64,000 nt of DNA from Raillietiella orientalis. Taxonomy: Eukaryota. Below the pieces are notes generated by a model. It did no database searches. It worked only from the letters and a program-made list of their open reading frames with translations, and had not been told where the DNA came from. This document shows positions 63,331 through 64,000 of this stretch, piece by piece. The position numbers and the translations under genes were made by a program. How positions within the stretch are numbered: the first letter of the stretch is position 1; every line of letters starts with the position of its first letter. The stretch covers positions 1,116,001 to 1,180,000 of the forward strand of contig JAYWIR010000013.1 in assembly GCA_036172245.1 (NCBI GenBank), given 5' to 3'.

Positions 63331-64000
63331 CATCCCTGGGTTTGCACCCGGTCTCACGCCGGGACGTTCATTTAAAGAAAAATTTAACCGCAAATCAGAT
63401 GCAAGAGATGCCAGAAAAACAAGAATTTCATTGGGGATGACCTCCGGTACTCAGACCGGCTTCTAGGGGAGTCCGGAGCGGGAGGGAAGGGACAATAAAT
63501 AAATGGAAAAGGGCAGGAGAGGGAGTAAGGACAGGGGATCTTTGGTTTCAATCGTTCCTTTCTTCCTAGAAGCGACTGTGGATGCTGGAGATAGATCTCC
63601 TTGACGACTTCTTCTTCTTCTTACAGGCAATGCCACCTCATAGCCGTCCCCACCAAGGCGGCTGCCGTGCTGGTGGCCTCCCTTCGCTGCAAACGAGACT
63701 CCAGCGCGGAGCGGGCTGTCACCACGGAGTGAGTGCGGAGGACCGTTGCGATGACAGCGCCTGCCGTGAGCCCGCCTTTCGTGAAGAAGCGACGCAGTAA
63801 GTCCCAAGAGAGGTCCTCCGTGCTGGGGGAGCGCAAAGTTTGATTTCTGCCACACCGTCCTCCAGGGCTCTGTATTCCAACGAGAGGTGAGGGACGAGTC
63901 GGTTGCCCCGCACCCGGCACAGATCGGGAAGGCAACTCCCCCGGAAAACGGGTGCCAGCACTGACTCCATTGGAACCTCCGGTGCAAAAGCAGCGGAACG
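63331..64000 (-). mobile_element. Tx1 subfamily-2 3' fragment running off the window
   Basis: PDLCRVRGNRLVPHLSLEYRAL (zf-RVT remnant); UTR homologous to 58925-59351. Confidence 0.75.

Noticed and set aside
1..64000. CRISPR array, rRNA, prokaryotic operon or defence system
   Set aside because: No regularly spaced repeats or rRNA motifs; spliced gene, microsatellites and LINE/SINE content show eukaryotic DNA

Overview
Eukaryotic (invertebrate, probably arthropod) genomic DNA, not prokaryotic. All coordinates and identities were read by eye, and TE boundaries are approximate. 1-12 kb holds one spliced + strand gene for a GRAM-domain/transmembrane/coiled-coil protein (GRAMD2-like). It has two phase-compatible alternative first coding exons and very short introns, and its first intron contains a hAT-like MITE and decayed R2-type retrotransposon pieces. 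From about 11.4 kb the sequence switches from AT-rich to GC-rich (single sampled 60-nt lines: 28% vs 67%), and I recognised no further host genes. This part is a patchwork, on both strands, of three decayed retroelement families: (i) L1/Tx1-type LINEs (ORF1 zinc knuckle, APE, RT, zf-RVT) with about 10 copies of a 3' end finishing in AATAAA plus a GC hairpin and no poly(A); (ii) R2/NeSL-type RLE LINEs (zinc finger/Myb, RT, CCHC, PD-D/ExK); (iii) a ~0.85 kb tRNA-headed SINE. Superimposed are young near-identical duplications (658 bp inverted, ~690 bp inverted, 378 bp direct). The most notable leads are a probable ~18 kb staggered-break inversion, Tx1 3' ends joined twice to the same SINE site, a GC3 gradient along the gene, and an unclassified 378-bp mobile unit. 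No CRISPR, rRNA, intact tRNA or intact autonomous TE was seen. Most ORF-track entries are spurious GC-rich frames.
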